Shown here piece by piece: positions 63,612-64,000 of a DNA stretch of 64,000 nucleotides (position 1 is its first letter; each line of letters begins with the position of its first letter). This DNA is from Octopus sinensis. Taxonomy: Eukaryota. The position numbers and the translations under genes are program-made. Location of the stretch: assembly GCF_006345805.1 (NCBI RefSeq), contig NC_043000.1, positions 28,954,001-29,018,000 of the forward strand. Direction: 5' to 3'. The notes under the pieces were generated by a model. The model made no database searches. It had not been told where the DNA came from and saw nothing but the letters and a program-made list of their open reading frames with translations.

Positions 63612-64000
63612 TGAACTGGTACTTAATTCATCGACCCAGAAAGGATGAAAGGCAAAGTTGACCTCGGCGGAATTTGAACTCAGAACGTAGCGGCAGACGA
63701 AATACCTATTTCTTTATTACCCACAAGGGGCTAAACACAGAGAGGACAAGCAAGGACAGACAAACTAATTAAGTCGATTATATCGGCCCCAGTGCGTAAC
63801 TGGTATTTAATTTATCGACCCCGAAAGGATGAAAGGCAAAGTCGACCTTGGCGGAATTTGAACTCAGAACGTAGCGGCAGACGAAATACCTATTTCTTTA
63901 TTACCCACAAGGGGCTAAACACAGTAGGGACAAACAAGGACAGACATAGGTATTAAGTCGATTACATCGACCCCAGTGCGTAACTGGTACTTAATTTATC
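63612..64000 (-). repeat. Tandem array of headless SINE family B units, period 184 bp (runs off window)
   Basis: aactggta recurs at 63614, 63798 and 63982. Confidence 0.9.

Overview
AT-rich eukaryotic DNA, most likely an octopus (coleoid cephalopod) genome. That assignment is an inference from the SINE families and the microsatellite load. Almost every ORF in the supplied track is a microsatellite artefact. No complete protein-coding gene, rRNA, true tRNA or CRISPR array is supported. Recognisable content: (i) several tRNA-derived SINE families; (ii) decayed LINEs (R4/Dong-like with restriction-like endonuclease, HERO-like, RTE, CR1-like); (iii) a Mag-type Ty3/Gypsy remnant with a tRNA-Ser(GCU) primer-binding site; (iv) two Tc1/mariner-type non-autonomous elements; (v) many ORF-less fold-back (palindromic) elements; (vi) local tandem duplications, some probably long-read assembly noise. 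The main signal is a high density of type I hammerhead ribozyme (HHR) motifs on both strands. About six have an intact CUGANGA/GAAA/NUH architecture and more than a dozen are variant or decayed. They fall into several families with unrelated stems, have tiny (near-)palindromic helix III, lie in RT-less Penelope-like mini-elements and fold-backs, and one variant sits at the 3' end of an R4/Dong-like LINE family. A two-exon minus-strand fragment resembling a death effector domain and several isolated candidate exons and promoters are reported at low to moderate confidence. All calls were made by eye; no folding, alignment or database search was run.
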